Made by a program: the position numbers and the translations under genes. From Obrimoposthia wandeli (Eukaryota), in contig CDROCS010004085.1 in the NCBI GenBank assembly GCA_977020255.1, positions 434,001 to 498,000 on the forward strand: a stretch of 64,000 nt of DNA, in the 5' to 3' direction. Under the pieces are notes generated by a model. That model saw only the letters and a list, made by a program, of their open reading frames with translations. It was not told where the DNA came from and ran no database searches. Positions 1 through 10,166 of this stretch are shown piece after piece (position 1 is the first letter of the stretch; each line of letters starts with the position of its first letter).

Positions 1-66
1 TAGCATGGTGATCAGAAAACCAGATATCGCAAGTTTGGATGAAAAGTGTAGGTTATGTAATCGCAT
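1..66 (-). CDS. 5' fragment of a gene running off the left edge (MRLHNLHFSSKLAISGFLITML...), probably a membrane-anchored sensor or chemoreceptor
   Basis: ATG at 66-64 on the minus strand, AGGA SD-like sequence upstream, open to position 1; basic N-terminus followed by a hydrophobic stretch. Confidence 0.5.
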   Translation of the reverse strand, partial: MRLHNLHFSSKLAISGFLITML

Positions 67-188
67 GCGTTTTCCTGTAATCAATATCAAGGATTGAACA
101 CTCTGGATATAAGGTGCTAATGAATTTGGTAAATTAGCGGTGCTTCTTCAAGAAAAGCACCGGTACAGGATCAATTGGGTATAGCGTG

Positions 189-1262
189 TTATTTGAAGTT
201 GAGCTTTAACGCACCTTCATGATAAATATGATTGATTTGGGAATTATCAAACACAGAAACACCGAAGTAATACGTTTTACTCAGATCTGAAAATTGCACA
301 TCTTCTACCACGGAATTTTCACCGGTGGTGACTAATTTACGTTGGAACTCAAGCGTCCATTTACCGTCAGCCCAAACGGCTTTAGATGAGATGTCGCCTC
401 TGGATCCGGTAAACGGGGAAACGACGATGCCAGGCAGTTTATCTCCGGGCTTATAGGTATCGATAAAGGGCGCTTTATCGATGTCTTGAATGGCATAATT
501 GTCATCAAGATTCATTACTAAGCCACCGTATTCAGGTTCGCTCTTATCTTCATTGATATTATTTTGGTATCCGCCGCCTGTTTTTGAGTCGCCTTTTCGG
601 CCCCAGTTACTATTTGCTGCGGGATCTTTAGTCGCATCGACAAACTGGTCATCAAACTGATCTGTGAGCCCAGTACGGACACCTTTCCAGTGCCACATAT
701 CAATGGTTTCACCGTCTTTTCTGGTATATTTACGCCCCGCAGATGTCTGTTCAATACCGGCAACTTTTCCCTCTTCATCTGTTAAATGACAGGCAATGTC
801 ACAGCCTTTTTTTGAAAATCCTTTGGCATTAATGGCCCAGAAGATACTGGCTTTATCTTCGTAATAGGTATTTTCATGACCCGTTTGATCGAGATTCTTT
901 TGTTGCTTCCATGAATCATCATCTTGCTTAACCCACGGAAAACGATCAACGCTTTTTGTTGGATCATCCCATTGTACAAAAAAGTAAATATTCTGATCGT
1001 CATGAAGGGATTTGATGGAATATTGTGTTTTAAGCATGCCTTCATATTGATCGGGTTTATAAGGCATATAGTCTAACACCATGGTTAAAGGCTTTGCTTT
1101 TCCCCACTCTTTTTCGGGCTGACCATCTAACGTAATCGTTTGTGTCGTTTTGTAACTGATCAGCGTGTCATTTTCTGACGCTAAGCTCGGTGGTATAAAC
1201 CCAAGGTATAAAGTAGAACTTGCGATACAAACACTTACTGCACGGCTAACAAAAATATTCAC
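189..1262 (-). CDS. Exported ethylbenzene-dehydrogenase-gamma-like (EB_dh / DOMON-like) heme-binding protein
   Basis: Signal-peptide-like N-terminus; LHDDQNIYFFVQWDD, YYEDKASIFW, DMWHWK and WTLEFQRKL motifs; CDIACH. Likely start is GTG at 1262 after GAGG (ORF track extends to 1304). Confidence 0.75.
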   Translation of the reverse strand: MNIFVSRAVSVCIASSTLYLGFIPPSLASENDTLISYKTTQTITLDGQPEKEWGKAKPLTMVLDYMPYKPDQYEGMLKTQYSIKSLHDDQNIYFFVQWDDPTKSVDRFPWVKQDDDSWKQQKNLDQTGHENTYYEDKASIFWAINAKGFSKKGCDIACHLTDEEGKVAGIEQTSAGRKYTRKDGETIDMWHWKGVRTGLTDQFDDQFVDATKDPAANSNWGRKGDSKTGGGYQNNINEDKSEPEYGGLVMNLDDNYAIQDIDKAPFIDTYKPGDKLPGIVVSPFTGSRGDISSKAVWADGKWTLEFQRKLVTTGENSVVEDVQFSDLSKTYYFGVSVFDNSQINHIYHEGALKLNFK

Positions 1263-1435
1263 AGCAAACACCTCGATTTTTATATTGAACGCGAGAACGA
1301 ACACCTGCGTATTTAGTCACTTCATGCCAAGAGTTACTAAGCGCTAAGTTTGCGTGTTGTCATTAAATATAGTTGCCTTCAACATAAACCCGTAGGTCAA
1401 ACCCAAAATACACGTAAAATAATAAAGGTTAATAT

Positions 1436-1465
1436 AAAAAAGGGTCTCCGCTTTGGAGACCCTTT
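1436..1465 (-). terminator. Intrinsic terminator after catalase
   Basis: AAAGGGTCTCC-gcttt-GGAGACCCTTT hairpin; the A-run gives a U-tract on the minus strand. Confidence 0.8.
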
Positions 1466-1519
1466 GTGCTTTATTGGCTCGCAATAAAGAATTGTTATGT
1501 GAAGATTAGCGAATGATGC

Positions 1520-2965
1520 TTAACCAATCGAAACACCTAAACCTTCAGCCAATGCTTTACCTAATGATTTATCAGCTTGATAGAAGTGATAGATTTGATT
1601 GCGTTTAATTTGCTCACAATCGACGTCGCTTAATGAGGCTATCAAGTTCTTGATGAATCGTTGTTGCTGCTCTGAGTCCATGATGCGATATAGATTGCCC
1701 GGTTGAGTGTAGTAATCTTCATCGTATTCACGGAAATCATAATGCAATGCGGCTTTTTCAAGGGCTAGCGCAGGCTCTTGTTCGTGTGTTGGTACATAAG
1801 CATTGTAATGGTTTGGTGCGTAGTTAGGCTCTTTACCACCATTATCATCGCCACGCATTGAACCGTCGCGGTGTGTTGTGTGTACAGGGCTTTTAGGTTT
1901 ATTAACAGGTAGTTGACCATGGTTAACACCTAAACGGTAGCGCTGCGTATCACCGTAAGAGAATAAGCGACCCTGCAACATACGATCTGGCGAGAAACCG
2001 ATACCAGACACAATATTGGCTGGGGTAAATGCTGCTTGTTCTACCTCTGCAAAATAGTTCTCTGGGTTACGGTTTAGCTCTAATACACCTACATCGATAA
2101 GTGGGAATTCACCATGAGGCCATACTTTTGTTAAGTCGAACGGATGGAAAGAGACTTCTTGTGCTTGTTGCTCTGTCATTATCTGCACTTTTACATCCCA
2201 GCGTGGGAAATTGCCTTCTTCAATATTCATAAAAAGGTCAACTTGTGAAGATTCACGACTTTTACCGACAACAAGTACGGCTTCTTCATCAGTATAATGC
2301 TTGTGACCTTGCTGCGTTTTGAAGTGGAATTTAACCCAAGAACGTTCATTATTACTGTTGATGAAGCTATACGTATGGCTACCGTAGCCGTTTACGTGAC
2401 GGTAATCAGTCGGAATACCACGATCACTGAATAGAATAGTGACCTGATGCAGTGATTCAGGGTGACGCGACCAGAAATCCCATGCTGCCGTTGCACTTCG
2501 TAGGTTGGTGATAGGGTTGCGCTTTTGGGTGTGAATGAAATCAGGGAATTTCAATGGATCGCGGATAAAGAACACTGGAGTATTATTACCGACTAAATCC
2601 CAGTTGCCTTCGTCGGTGTAGAATTTTAGGGCGAAGCCGCGAACGTCACGCTCAGCATCCGCTGCGCCTTTTTCACCCGCTACAGTAGAAAAACGTAGCA
2701 GTACATCAGTTTCTTTACCGACTTCAGAGAATAGATTTGCTTTGGTTAGTGCTGAGATATCGTGAGTGACTGTAAATGTACCGAATGCCGCAGAACCTTT
2801 TGCGTGTACAACACGCTCTGGAATACGCTCACGATCGAAATGCGCCAGCTTTTCAAGTAACCATGTATCTTGAAGTAAAATAGGACCGCTAGGACCTGCC
2901 GTTAAGCTATTATCGTTATCAACAACAGGTGTACCATTTGCATGTGTTAAGGTTGATTTAGTCAT
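1520..2965 (-). CDS. katA: Monofunctional heme catalase (small subunit)
   Basis: [15 protein letters not shown] active-site signature, RLFSYGDT proximal Tyr signature, 481 aa. Confidence 0.95.
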   Translation of the reverse strand: MTKSTLTHANGTPVVDNDNSLTAGPSGPILLQDTWLLEKLAHFDRERIPERVVHAKGSAAFGTFTVTHDISALTKANLFSEVGKETDVLLRFSTVAGEKGAADAERDVRGFALKFYTDEGNWDLVGNNTPVFFIRDPLKFPDFIHTQKRNPITNLRSATAAWDFWSRHPESLHQVTILFSDRGIPTDYRHVNGYGSHTYSFINSNNERSWVKFHFKTQQGHKHYTDEEAVLVVGKSRESSQVDLFMNIEEGNFPRWDVKVQIMTEQQAQEVSFHPFDLTKVWPHGEFPLIDVGVLELNRNPENYFAEVEQAAFTPANIVSGIGFSPDRMLQGRLFSYGDTQRYRLGVNHGQLPVNKPKSPVHTTHRDGSMRGDDNGGKEPNYAPNHYNAYVPTHEQEPALALEKAALHYDFREYDEDYYTQPGNLYRIMDSEQQQRFIKNLIASLSDVDCEQIKRNQIYHFYQADKSLGKALAEGLGVSIG

Positions 2966-3016
2966 GTCACTTACTCCACAATTTTGCTGTGAAATAATAA
3001 TAGGGTTGTTACCGCG

Positions 3017-3062
3017 ATAAGTACAAACGATAGAATTTATCGTTATGATAGGTATTTTCTAT
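3017..3062. promoter_or_regulatory. Candidate OxyR binding site upstream of catalase
   Basis: ATAA-N7-CGAT-N7-ATCG followed by a perfect ATAG-N7-CTAT (3048-3062); resembles the OxyR ATAG-N7-CTAT repeat and sits upstream of a catalase. Confidence 0.6.
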
Positions 3063-3269
3063 CGTTGATGGTGTCGATACATTACGTTTAATATATTGTT
3101 TTTTAATGTTACGTATCTCTCTGTTACAAATGCTTACAAATATCGCATTGCGCGAATTAAGGTGTAATGGCTAACTACGGCCTCATTCTAACAAGAGGCA
3201 CCAAAGACATATGGACGACCCCTCAAGTCGCTCAACCCCTACTTACTCCGTCACTCAGGAGTATGCAAC

Positions 3270-4037
3270 ATGCTAGAACTTTTCCTTCAACCTGAAGCAT
3301 TAATTATCTTTGCAACCCTATTTGCCCTTGAAGTGGTATTGGGTGTTGATAACGTTGTTTTTATTTCTGTACTGTGTGAACGTCTACCTGAACATCAGCG
3401 TAAAATGGCGCGAAACCTTGGTATCGCATTAGCTGTTATTGCGCGTATTGGTCTTGTTTTCTCGATCAGCTGGGTAATGTCATTAACAGAACCATTAGTG
3501 ACTTTGATGAACTACGCCTTCACTGGTCGTGATTTAATCATGATTGCAGGCGGTGGATTTTTATTAGCGAAAAGCTTAAAAGAATTATGGATGTGGTTAA
3601 CACACGATGAACACCATGACGCAAGCACAGTAAGAGCAGGTATTGCACTTGTGTTGCTGCAGATTGTTGCGGTCGATGCTGTATTTTCTATGGACTCCGT
3701 TATTACTGCTGTAGGTATGACAGATGAAGTACCGTTAATGGTTGCTGCTATTCTCGCTTCGGCGTGTGTAATGGTGATGTGTGCAGAGAAAATCAACGAT
3801 TGCGTAATGCGTTACCCTGGGTTTAAAACACTAGCATTATTATTCTTAGTGCTATTGGGTGGCTTGTTGATGGCAGAAGGTTTCGCTATACATGTGAACA
3901 AAGGGTATGTCTATTTTGCGATGGCATTTGGTTTGGTAATGGAAGGTTGCCACATCTTGCTAAAGAGAAAAAACAAACCGTTAATTAAACGTGTTTACCC
4001 AAAGCGTGTCGGTTGGGCAATTAAAGCCGCAAACTAA
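3270..4037 (+). CDS. terC: TerC family integral membrane protein
   Basis: LEVVLGVDNVVFI, DAVFSMDSVITAVG and YVYFAMAF TerC motifs; AGGAG SD. Confidence 0.9.
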   Translation: MLELFLQPEALIIFATLFALEVVLGVDNVVFISVLCERLPEHQRKMARNLGIALAVIARIGLVFSISWVMSLTEPLVTLMNYAFTGRDLIMIAGGGFLLAKSLKELWMWLTHDEHHDASTVRAGIALVLLQIVAVDAVFSMDSVITAVGMTDEVPLMVAAILASACVMVMCAEKINDCVMRYPGFKTLALLFLVLLGGLLMAEGFAIHVNKGYVYFAMAFGLVMEGCHILLKRKNKPLIKRVYPKRVGWAIKAAN

Positions 4038-4084
4038 CCGACTCTTTTTGTGTAAAACTGCTAATAAAGCAGAGCATTGGTTCT

Positions 4085-4117
4085 AACGCCGTTCACTTAG
4101 GTGAACGGCGTTTTTAT
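4085..4117. terminator. Bidirectional terminator between convergent genes
   Basis: AACGCCGTTCAC-ttag-GTGAACGGCGTT followed by a T-run. Confidence 0.85.
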
Positions 4118-4156
4118 TTCTGATATATTTTGGGGAACTTGTCTTGAATATTCAGC

Positions 4157-4972
4157 TTAATCGATCAGTTGATTATTGTGATCAAAAAACGGGTAAGGTC
4201 CTTCGGTGTCAGTAATATAACTTAGATGGCTGACAATACTGTCTTCTTCTAATGTAAATAGTCTGATGGCTGGTGGTTCCATAGAAAATGATGGTGGCGC
4301 TTCTAGGTTAAGATCGAGTGTTACTGAATGGCTATGTGATGGTCCAATCCATACAGGCAGCCCAGCCCATGTAGCACTGATTGGTCGATGAAGGTGCCCA
4401 GCAACAAGTCCTTTGACTTGCGGGTGATGTTGGATAACCGCTTTTAAGGCATCGGCATTTTTAAGGTTTTGAACATCCATATGACTGATGCCAACAGTCA
4501 TGGGGGGGTGGTGTAGAAAGAGTAGCGTGGGGGAGTCTTTATGTTCAGTGAGTTGTTGATCAAGCCACTTTAAAGATTCGTTTTCAAGGAAGCCATAAGG
4601 TTTATTTGTCACAGATGTGTCTAGCCCTATGAGCTGGTAACAGCCTGCTGATTGAATGAAATGACAATAATCAGGATGAGCAAACACCATTTTACCGTTA
4701 AAGGCTTCCCGCAAATTGATTCGACAATCATGATTACCTGGGACTACTGCATATGGCAGTGTTAAACCGGATAGTAACTCGCAAATTAATTTGTATTCGT
4801 CAGGTGTGCCAAAATCGCCTAAATCTCCGGTAATGATGACATGGTCTGGCTTAGGATTTAGGGCGTTTAAATGAGCTATGGCATTCTCTAGCGAAGCAAC
4901 AGTATCGACTTTTTGATAAGCACGTTTTCCTGATGCTTTTATGTGTAGATCGGTTAGCTGAGCGATTAACAT
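4157..4972 (-). CDS. Calcineurin-like metallophosphoesterase (GpdQ/CpdA-like phosphodiesterase)
   Basis: DLH, GDL, GNHD, HHPP and GHLH metal-binding motifs. Confidence 0.88.
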   Translation of the reverse strand: MLIAQLTDLHIKASGKRAYQKVDTVASLENAIAHLNALNPKPDHVIITGDLGDFGTPDEYKLICELLSGLTLPYAVVPGNHDCRINLREAFNGKMVFAHPDYCHFIQSAGCYQLIGLDTSVTNKPYGFLENESLKWLDQQLTEHKDSPTLLFLHHPPMTVGISHMDVQNLKNADALKAVIQHHPQVKGLVAGHLHRPISATWAGLPVWIGPSHSHSVTLDLNLEAPPSFSMEPPAIRLFTLEEDSIVSHLSYITDTEGPYPFFDHNNQLID

Positions 4973-6039
4973 GTTGTCGCCCCTATTTGGATTAATCGTT
5001 CAGGTTGAATGAGTAGGTTAACAGTTTGGCCAATGCTGTAAGTTGCACGCTTGAAGCAGTCAACGGTAATATGCTTATCATTACAGCCGGATAATTCTAA
5101 CCGCACTCGATCACCTAAGAAGGTACATGATTCAATTTGACCTGATAGCGAAGATAATGAGTCTGGCACAATCTCGATATCTTCAGGTCGCACTAAGCAG
5201 GTTATGGATTGATGCTGGAATGAATCGGTATACAGTGCTTTCGGAAGCCTAGTTGAAAGCGATTGATCAATCTCTAATGATTGCCCTTTCACGATACCGG
5301 TTAAACGATTTATTTTACCAATGAAGTCTGCCACGAAGTGGCTTTGGGGATTAAGGTAAATTTCTTCCGCTGTGCCAATTTGTGCAATTTCACCATGGTC
5401 AAGAACGGCGATGCGATCTCCCATCGCCATTGCTTCTTCTTGATCATGAGTGACATACACTGCGGTAATTCCAAGACGTTTAAGTAGTTGGTTTATATCG
5501 GTTCTTAAACGTTGCTTCAAGCGTGCATCTAGCGCAGAAAGAGGCTCGTCGAGCAATAATACATCTGGTTCGATGATGATAGCGCGAGCGAGTGCTACTC
5601 GTTGACGTTGGCCACCAGAGAGTTGTTCAATATTACGCTCGGCATAAGGATGTAAATCGAACATGTTCAGCATTTCTAATACTTTTTTCTCTCGTGTCGC
5701 AGTATCGATCCCTCGGACTTTCAAGCCATATGCAATGTTTTCACTTACATTCATATTGGGGAACAGAGCATACGATTGAAAGACCATACCAACTCGACGC
5801 TTTTCTATGGGTAATGCTGTGACTTCTCGCTCGCCAAAATGAATTGAACCGCCCTCATCGGCAAACTCTAAACCTGCAATTAAGCGCAGAGTTGTCGTTT
5901 TCCCACAACCTGATGGGCCAAGTAGTACCAGTATTTCTCCTTTCTCGATGGTCAAATCAAGAGGTTTAAGACCAACTGTTCCATCTGCGAATGTTTTTTT
6001 AATTTTATTAAGAGAAATAGCTAAGCTTTTATTTTTCAT
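4966..6039 (-). CDS. ABC transporter ATP-binding subunit (PotA/FbpC-like, TOBE C-terminus)
   Basis: GPSGCGKT Walker A, LSGGQRQR signature, LLLDEP Walker B. Confidence 0.93.
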   Translation of the reverse strand: MKNKSLAISLNKIKKTFADGTVGLKPLDLTIEKGEILVLLGPSGCGKTTTLRLIAGLEFADEGGSIHFGEREVTALPIEKRRVGMVFQSYALFPNMNVSENIAYGLKVRGIDTATREKKVLEMLNMFDLHPYAERNIEQLSGGQRQRVALARAIIIEPDVLLLDEPLSALDARLKQRLRTDINQLLKRLGITAVYVTHDQEEAMAMGDRIAVLDHGEIAQIGTAEEIYLNPQSHFVADFIGKINRLTGIVKGQSLEIDQSLSTRLPKALYTDSFQHQSITCLVRPEDIEIVPDSLSSLSGQIESCTFLGDRVRLELSGCNDKHITVDCFKRATYSIGQTVNLLIQPERLIQIGATTC

Positions 6040-6899
6040 TATGATACTACCGCTGTAGAAGTTATATTTTTTGAGTTGTTTTGATCTGTTAAATCTGAGC
6101 TTATAATTGATTTATTGCGCTGTTTTTTAGGGCGATTTAACCACTGCGCCATGATTAACAATGGCAAGATTAATACTAAGAATATCAAGGTATAGGCTGA
6201 GCTGATTTCAAGTCGCATAGACGCATAGGAATCAGCCAAACCCACGGGTAGTGTCTTGGTTAGTGGTGTATGCAGCATCCATGTAAGGTTGAATTCACCA
6301 ATAGATAGGGTAAGCGTCATTAGCATGCCGCTGATTATTCCTGACTTACAGTTTGGAACGATCACAGTGAAGAAACGATGCCAGAACCCTGCGCCTAAAC
6401 TTGCACTTGCTTCTTCTAATACCTTGATATTCATACTATGTAAGACTGCTATCACTGACTTCACCATAAACGGTAAAGTAAAAATGACGTGTCCGACTAG
6501 GATAAATAACCAACTGGTTCGAAAGTGGCTATATTGGCTATACACCGAGATAAGCCCAAGTGAAATAGCAAGCCCCGGAATCGCGATAGGTAGGGTTAGG
6601 CACTCTTCAAAAATAGCGGCTGCACGGCTGCGACTGGTAGCTAAGAAATAGGCACATGGAACGCCAGCGAATAAATTGATCGCGACAGTTGTTAATGCAA
6701 TTAATAACGAAAGCCAAATGGTATCAGAATATAAGAACCAGACCTCTTCAACCCAACGGAGAGTTAATCCACTCTTTAAACCCACAAAGTAATTGTTAGT
6801 CAGCCCTGCTAGTACCGACATAATGACTGGCGCAATCAAAAAGGTACAAATCAGCAAAGTAAAGCTGAGTTGCAAATAAAACCACATATCTCTTTTCAT
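6039..6899 (-). CDS. ABC transporter permease
   Basis: Multiple TM segments, EEASASLGA EAA loop; start refined to ATG 6899 (MKRDMWF); stop overlaps the next start as TAATG. Confidence 0.9.
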   Translation of the reverse strand: MKRDMWFYLQLSFTLLICTFLIAPVIMSVLAGLTNNYFVGLKSGLTLRWVEEVWFLYSDTIWLSLLIALTTVAINLFAGVPCAYFLATSRSRAAAIFEECLTLPIAIPGLAISLGLISVYSQYSHFRTSWLFILVGHVIFTLPFMVKSVIAVLHSMNIKVLEEASASLGAGFWHRFFTVIVPNCKSGIISGMLMTLTLSIGEFNLTWMLHTPLTKTLPVGLADSYASMRLEISSAYTLIFLVLILPLLIMAQWLNRPKKQRNKSIISSDLTDQNNSKNITSTAVVS

Positions 6900-6901
6900 T
6901 A

Positions 6902-7714
6902 TTATGCTCCCATACCGATTGAACCGGACCCATAACGTCTTGCAAATGCAAGGCATCCCCATGTCACAGCACCCAAGATAAGGCTCAAGGCCGCGGCCAT
7001 GGCAAAGTTGGCACTCAGGGTAAATTCGGTGTAAATGGTCATTGGTAAAACGTTGATGTTAGTTGCAAGAGTGAAGGCTGTGCCAAAAGCGCCCATTGAT
7101 GTTGCAAAGCAAATTGAACCTGATGAGATTAGGCCGGGCTTCAACGCGGGGATGGTGACATCGCGAATGATTTGCCAGCGATTGGCACCGAGTGAACGCG
7201 CAGCTTCTACTAAGCTGTGATCCAATTTTTCAGCGGCGGCCATAACAGTTAGAACAACTCGAGGTATTGAGAAATATAGATAGCCTAAAAATAGTCCAGC
7301 AATGGAGTAGGCGAACATCCAGCGCTCACCAGTTAGCGCTAGACTAATTTGTGCAAATAGCCCTTGACGACCTGCCAACATAATGACGAAAAACCCGATA
7401 ACAACGCCGGGGAATGCAAGGGGAAAACTTAACATAGCGATAAGTGTTCGTTTCCCTGAAAATTCATAGCGAGTCAGGAATAAACCGCAAATTGTGGCTA
7501 TTACTAAGCTGGCAGCTGTAACAAAAAAGGAAAGTACTATTGTTGATACTAAGCTTTGTAGGTAAATAGGTTTAGTCAGAATGTACCAGTAGCTTATACC
7601 GCCACCATCAGCGACTGACAGCTTGAACAGTTGTAATACTGGGAGCAGAAAAAAGGCTAACGTGATCACCAGTGCTGGGGTGATGAGTAAAAGATGAGTT
7701 TGATTTATTTTCAT
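6902..7714 (-). CDS. ABC transporter permease
   Basis: TM segments, EAARSLGA EAA loop. Confidence 0.9.
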   Translation of the reverse strand: MKINQTHLLLITPALVITLAFFLLPVLQLFKLSVADGGGISYWYILTKPIYLQSLVSTIVLSFFVTAASLVIATICGLFLTRYEFSGKRTLIAMLSFPLAFPGVVIGFFVIMLAGRQGLFAQISLALTGERWMFAYSIAGLFLGYLYFSIPRVVLTVMAAAEKLDHSLVEAARSLGANRWQIIRDVTIPALKPGLISSGSICFATSMGAFGTAFTLATNINVLPMTIYTEFTLSANFAMAAALSLILGAVTWGCLAFARRYGSGSIGMGA

Positions 7715-7758
7715 AATTACTGGGCAGCATATTCGTACTGCTGCCCCTTCCTATTGAG

Positions 7759-8793
7759 TTAGTTTACTTCACTAATATAACGTTCAGCGAATGCAGATTG
7801 TGCTTTTGCCATTGCAGAAAAATCAATGGAGGTAGCACGTGCATAATCACTTTCAGGTAAGAATTTTGCTTTTGTTTCTTCATCCATTGCTGCAGCAATA
7901 ACAGGGCGAAGATAGGCTTTAGCCCAAACTTTTTGGCCTTTCTCAGATAAGACAAAATCCAATATTTTCTTTGCATTTTCAGGGTTAGAGCTATTTTTTA
8001 CTTGGCTCATCACATAAGGCACCATTAGTGTACCTTCTTGTGGGATTACAAATTCTACATTGGCGTAGTCGTTGTATTTAGCACGATAAGCATTGAAGTC
8101 GTAATCAAGCAATATTGGAATTTCTCCCGAAATTACACGAGCATAAGAGGTTTGCTTTGGCACGATAGGGCGGTTTTTAGATAACTTGTTGAAGTAATCA
8201 ATGGCCGGAGTAGTATTGTCGAGGTTGCCGCCGAGTGCACTGTTGACAGCCATTGCACCAACGTAACCAACAAAAGCACTGGTTGGGTCAAGGTAGCCGA
8301 CCATGCCGCGGTAATCTGGCTTAAGCAAATCATTCCAAGATTTCGGCACAGGTGCTCCGTCTAGGGCATCTTTATTCACAAAGAAACCAAGGGTTCCTGA
8401 GTGAATGGCAAACCATTTACCGTTTGGATCTTTTAGACCATCAGGGATTTTTTCCCAATTGGTAGGTTTATAGCCAGTTACAACATCTAGCTCAGCAGCT
8501 TTAATGCCAAATGACACTCCATAGTAGGCAACATCTGCCACTGGGTTTTTCTTTTCAGCCACTAACTGAGACAGAGTCTGCCCTGAATTCTTATTATCCA
8601 TAGGTATAGATATACCTAATTCTTTCTTGATAAGGCGTAACTGACCGCCCCAATTTGCCCACTCTGGAGGACAGTTATAACAAATAGCATTATTAGCTGC
8701 GTATGCTGGTGTGCTTATTGCGCCGAAGAGAACGCAAGCGGTAAAAGCGAACTTGGTTAGATGGTGTATTATCGACATGTTGTGAACCTTCAT
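7759..8793 (-). CDS. ABC transporter periplasmic substrate-binding protein (AfuA/PotD-like fold)
   Basis: Signal peptide ending AYA; KNSGQTLSQL, DPTSAFVG and YDFNAYR motifs; position in an ABC operon. Confidence 0.85.
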   Translation of the reverse strand: MKVHNMSIIHHLTKFAFTACVLFGAISTPAYAANNAICYNCPPEWANWGGQLRLIKKELGISIPMDNKNSGQTLSQLVAEKKNPVADVAYYGVSFGIKAAELDVVTGYKPTNWEKIPDGLKDPNGKWFAIHSGTLGFFVNKDALDGAPVPKSWNDLLKPDYRGMVGYLDPTSAFVGYVGAMAVNSALGGNLDNTTPAIDYFNKLSKNRPIVPKQTSYARVISGEIPILLDYDFNAYRAKYNDYANVEFVIPQEGTLMVPYVMSQVKNSSNPENAKKILDFVLSEKGQKVWAKAYLRPVIAAAMDEETKAKFLPESDYARATSIDFSAMAKAQSAFAERYISEVN

Positions 8794-8833
8794 ATTTATA
8801 AAATCAATGGTATTTATCGTTATTTAAACTCGA

Positions 8834-9826
8834 TTACAGGCTTTGAACTGTGCCTGTAAGCGCTAGCTTGTAAGGCAGTTTTATTTGATGTGGCAGTAAG
8901 GTGTTATGTTTGTTGTTGAATAGAATATCGACGGCACAAGTACCCATTTGTTGATGCGGAACGCTGACCGAAGCTAATGAGGGCGTCACTATTTGGCCGA
9001 TGTTCATACCATCAAATCCCACAACTGACACATCCTTGGGTACGGATAGATCAAGGTCATGCAGTGCTTTTATCGTCTTCAGTGCTAGTAAGTCATTACT
9101 ACAAAACCAAACGGAGGGGGTAACAAATTTTTTTTGATGGAAGCTTTGATGAGGATTGAATGGTTCAAGCTGGCTTTGGTCTACTTCTAATAGTTGACCA
9201 AGTGGGCACCCGAGGGCATTTAATGCATCATTAAATCCTTCAAAGCGAGCCTGCGCTCGGTCTGAGCTGTTAAATTGTCCTGTTACCATTCCAAATTGGC
9301 GGTGTCCCATTCTGAATAAACTATTCGCGACATCTACACCTGCTTGGTAGTTGTCGATAAAGACACTGGGTTCATTGTTAGATGGCATGCTATGCAGCAG
9401 GCAATATGGAAATTCAAATTCTTCGAGTAATGCGAGTGCGGGATTATTTTTTGCTTGAGATATAGTGAGAATAAGGCCAGATACTCGATGGCGAATAAAG
9501 GTAGAAATGCACTGATATTCAAGGTCTTTATCGTATTGAGTATCAAGAATTAGAGTGGAATAGCCAAAATGACGAGCACGAAGTTGAATGGCTGCAACAA
9601 TATCGGCAAAAACCGGATTATTGAGACTTGGGATCATAATGCCGATTGTTGGATTACATTTTAGCCCACTACGAGGTAAGTGTTTATCGGTTTCGTAGCC
9701 ACTTACTTTGAGTACTGTGGCGATGCGTGCAGCGGTATCAGGGGCAATAGTGCCGCTTTGATTGATATAACGAGAGATTGTTGCTGGTGACACTTTTGCT
9801 AGTGATGCGACGTCTTTGATATTCAT
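8834..9826 (-). CDS. LacI family transcriptional regulator
   Basis: MNIKDVASLAKVSPATISR HTH; SNDLLA and VSVVGFD effector-domain motifs. Confidence 0.93.
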   Translation of the reverse strand: MNIKDVASLAKVSPATISRYINQSGTIAPDTAARIATVLKVSGYETDKHLPRSGLKCNPTIGIMIPSLNNPVFADIVAAIQLRARHFGYSTLILDTQYDKDLEYQCISTFIRHRVSGLILTISQAKNNPALALLEEFEFPYCLLHSMPSNNEPSVFIDNYQAGVDVANSLFRMGHRQFGMVTGQFNSSDRAQARFEGFNDALNALGCPLGQLLEVDQSQLEPFNPHQSFHQKKFVTPSVWFCSNDLLALKTIKALHDLDLSVPKDVSVVGFDGMNIGQIVTPSLASVSVPHQQMGTCAVDILFNNKHNTLLPHQIKLPYKLALTGTVQSL

Positions 9827-9958
9827 AACGAGCCCCCTGATAACTGAATGTATTCAGCTTAGGTGGAGGGTATGATAGTTTTATTACAGGTCTTATCGGT
9901 TTTGTGTGTTTTGTTGTTACTTTTATGGTTTTTAACTGCATGATCGCGACTTTTATTG

Positions 9959-9973
9959 ATGAAACACTTTCAT
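9959..9973. promoter_or_regulatory. Candidate LacI-family operator
   Basis: ATGAAA-cac-TTTCAT palindrome upstream of the lacI-ABC operon, resembling LacI-type TGAAAC..TTTCA sites. Confidence 0.4.
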
Positions 9974-10166
9974 TTCATCTGAATTTTTATGTTTGTGAAT
10001 ATATTGTGACAAATCCATTCATTCTAATTTTTTATCGTTTTATAAATCAGCACGTTGCTTTAACCCTAACAAGTCCTCGCTGAAATGATCATCTTAAGGT
10101 AACGTGTTATGTACAATTTACTATGCCAGTAAGCCGTTTAAACATATTCGCATTAAGGATAGCCTC

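Noticed and set aside
3100-3270. yybP-ykoY (Mn2+) riboswitch expected upstream of terC
   Set aside because: The hallmark GGGGAGUA and AAGACC elements are not present; only generic hairpins were seen.
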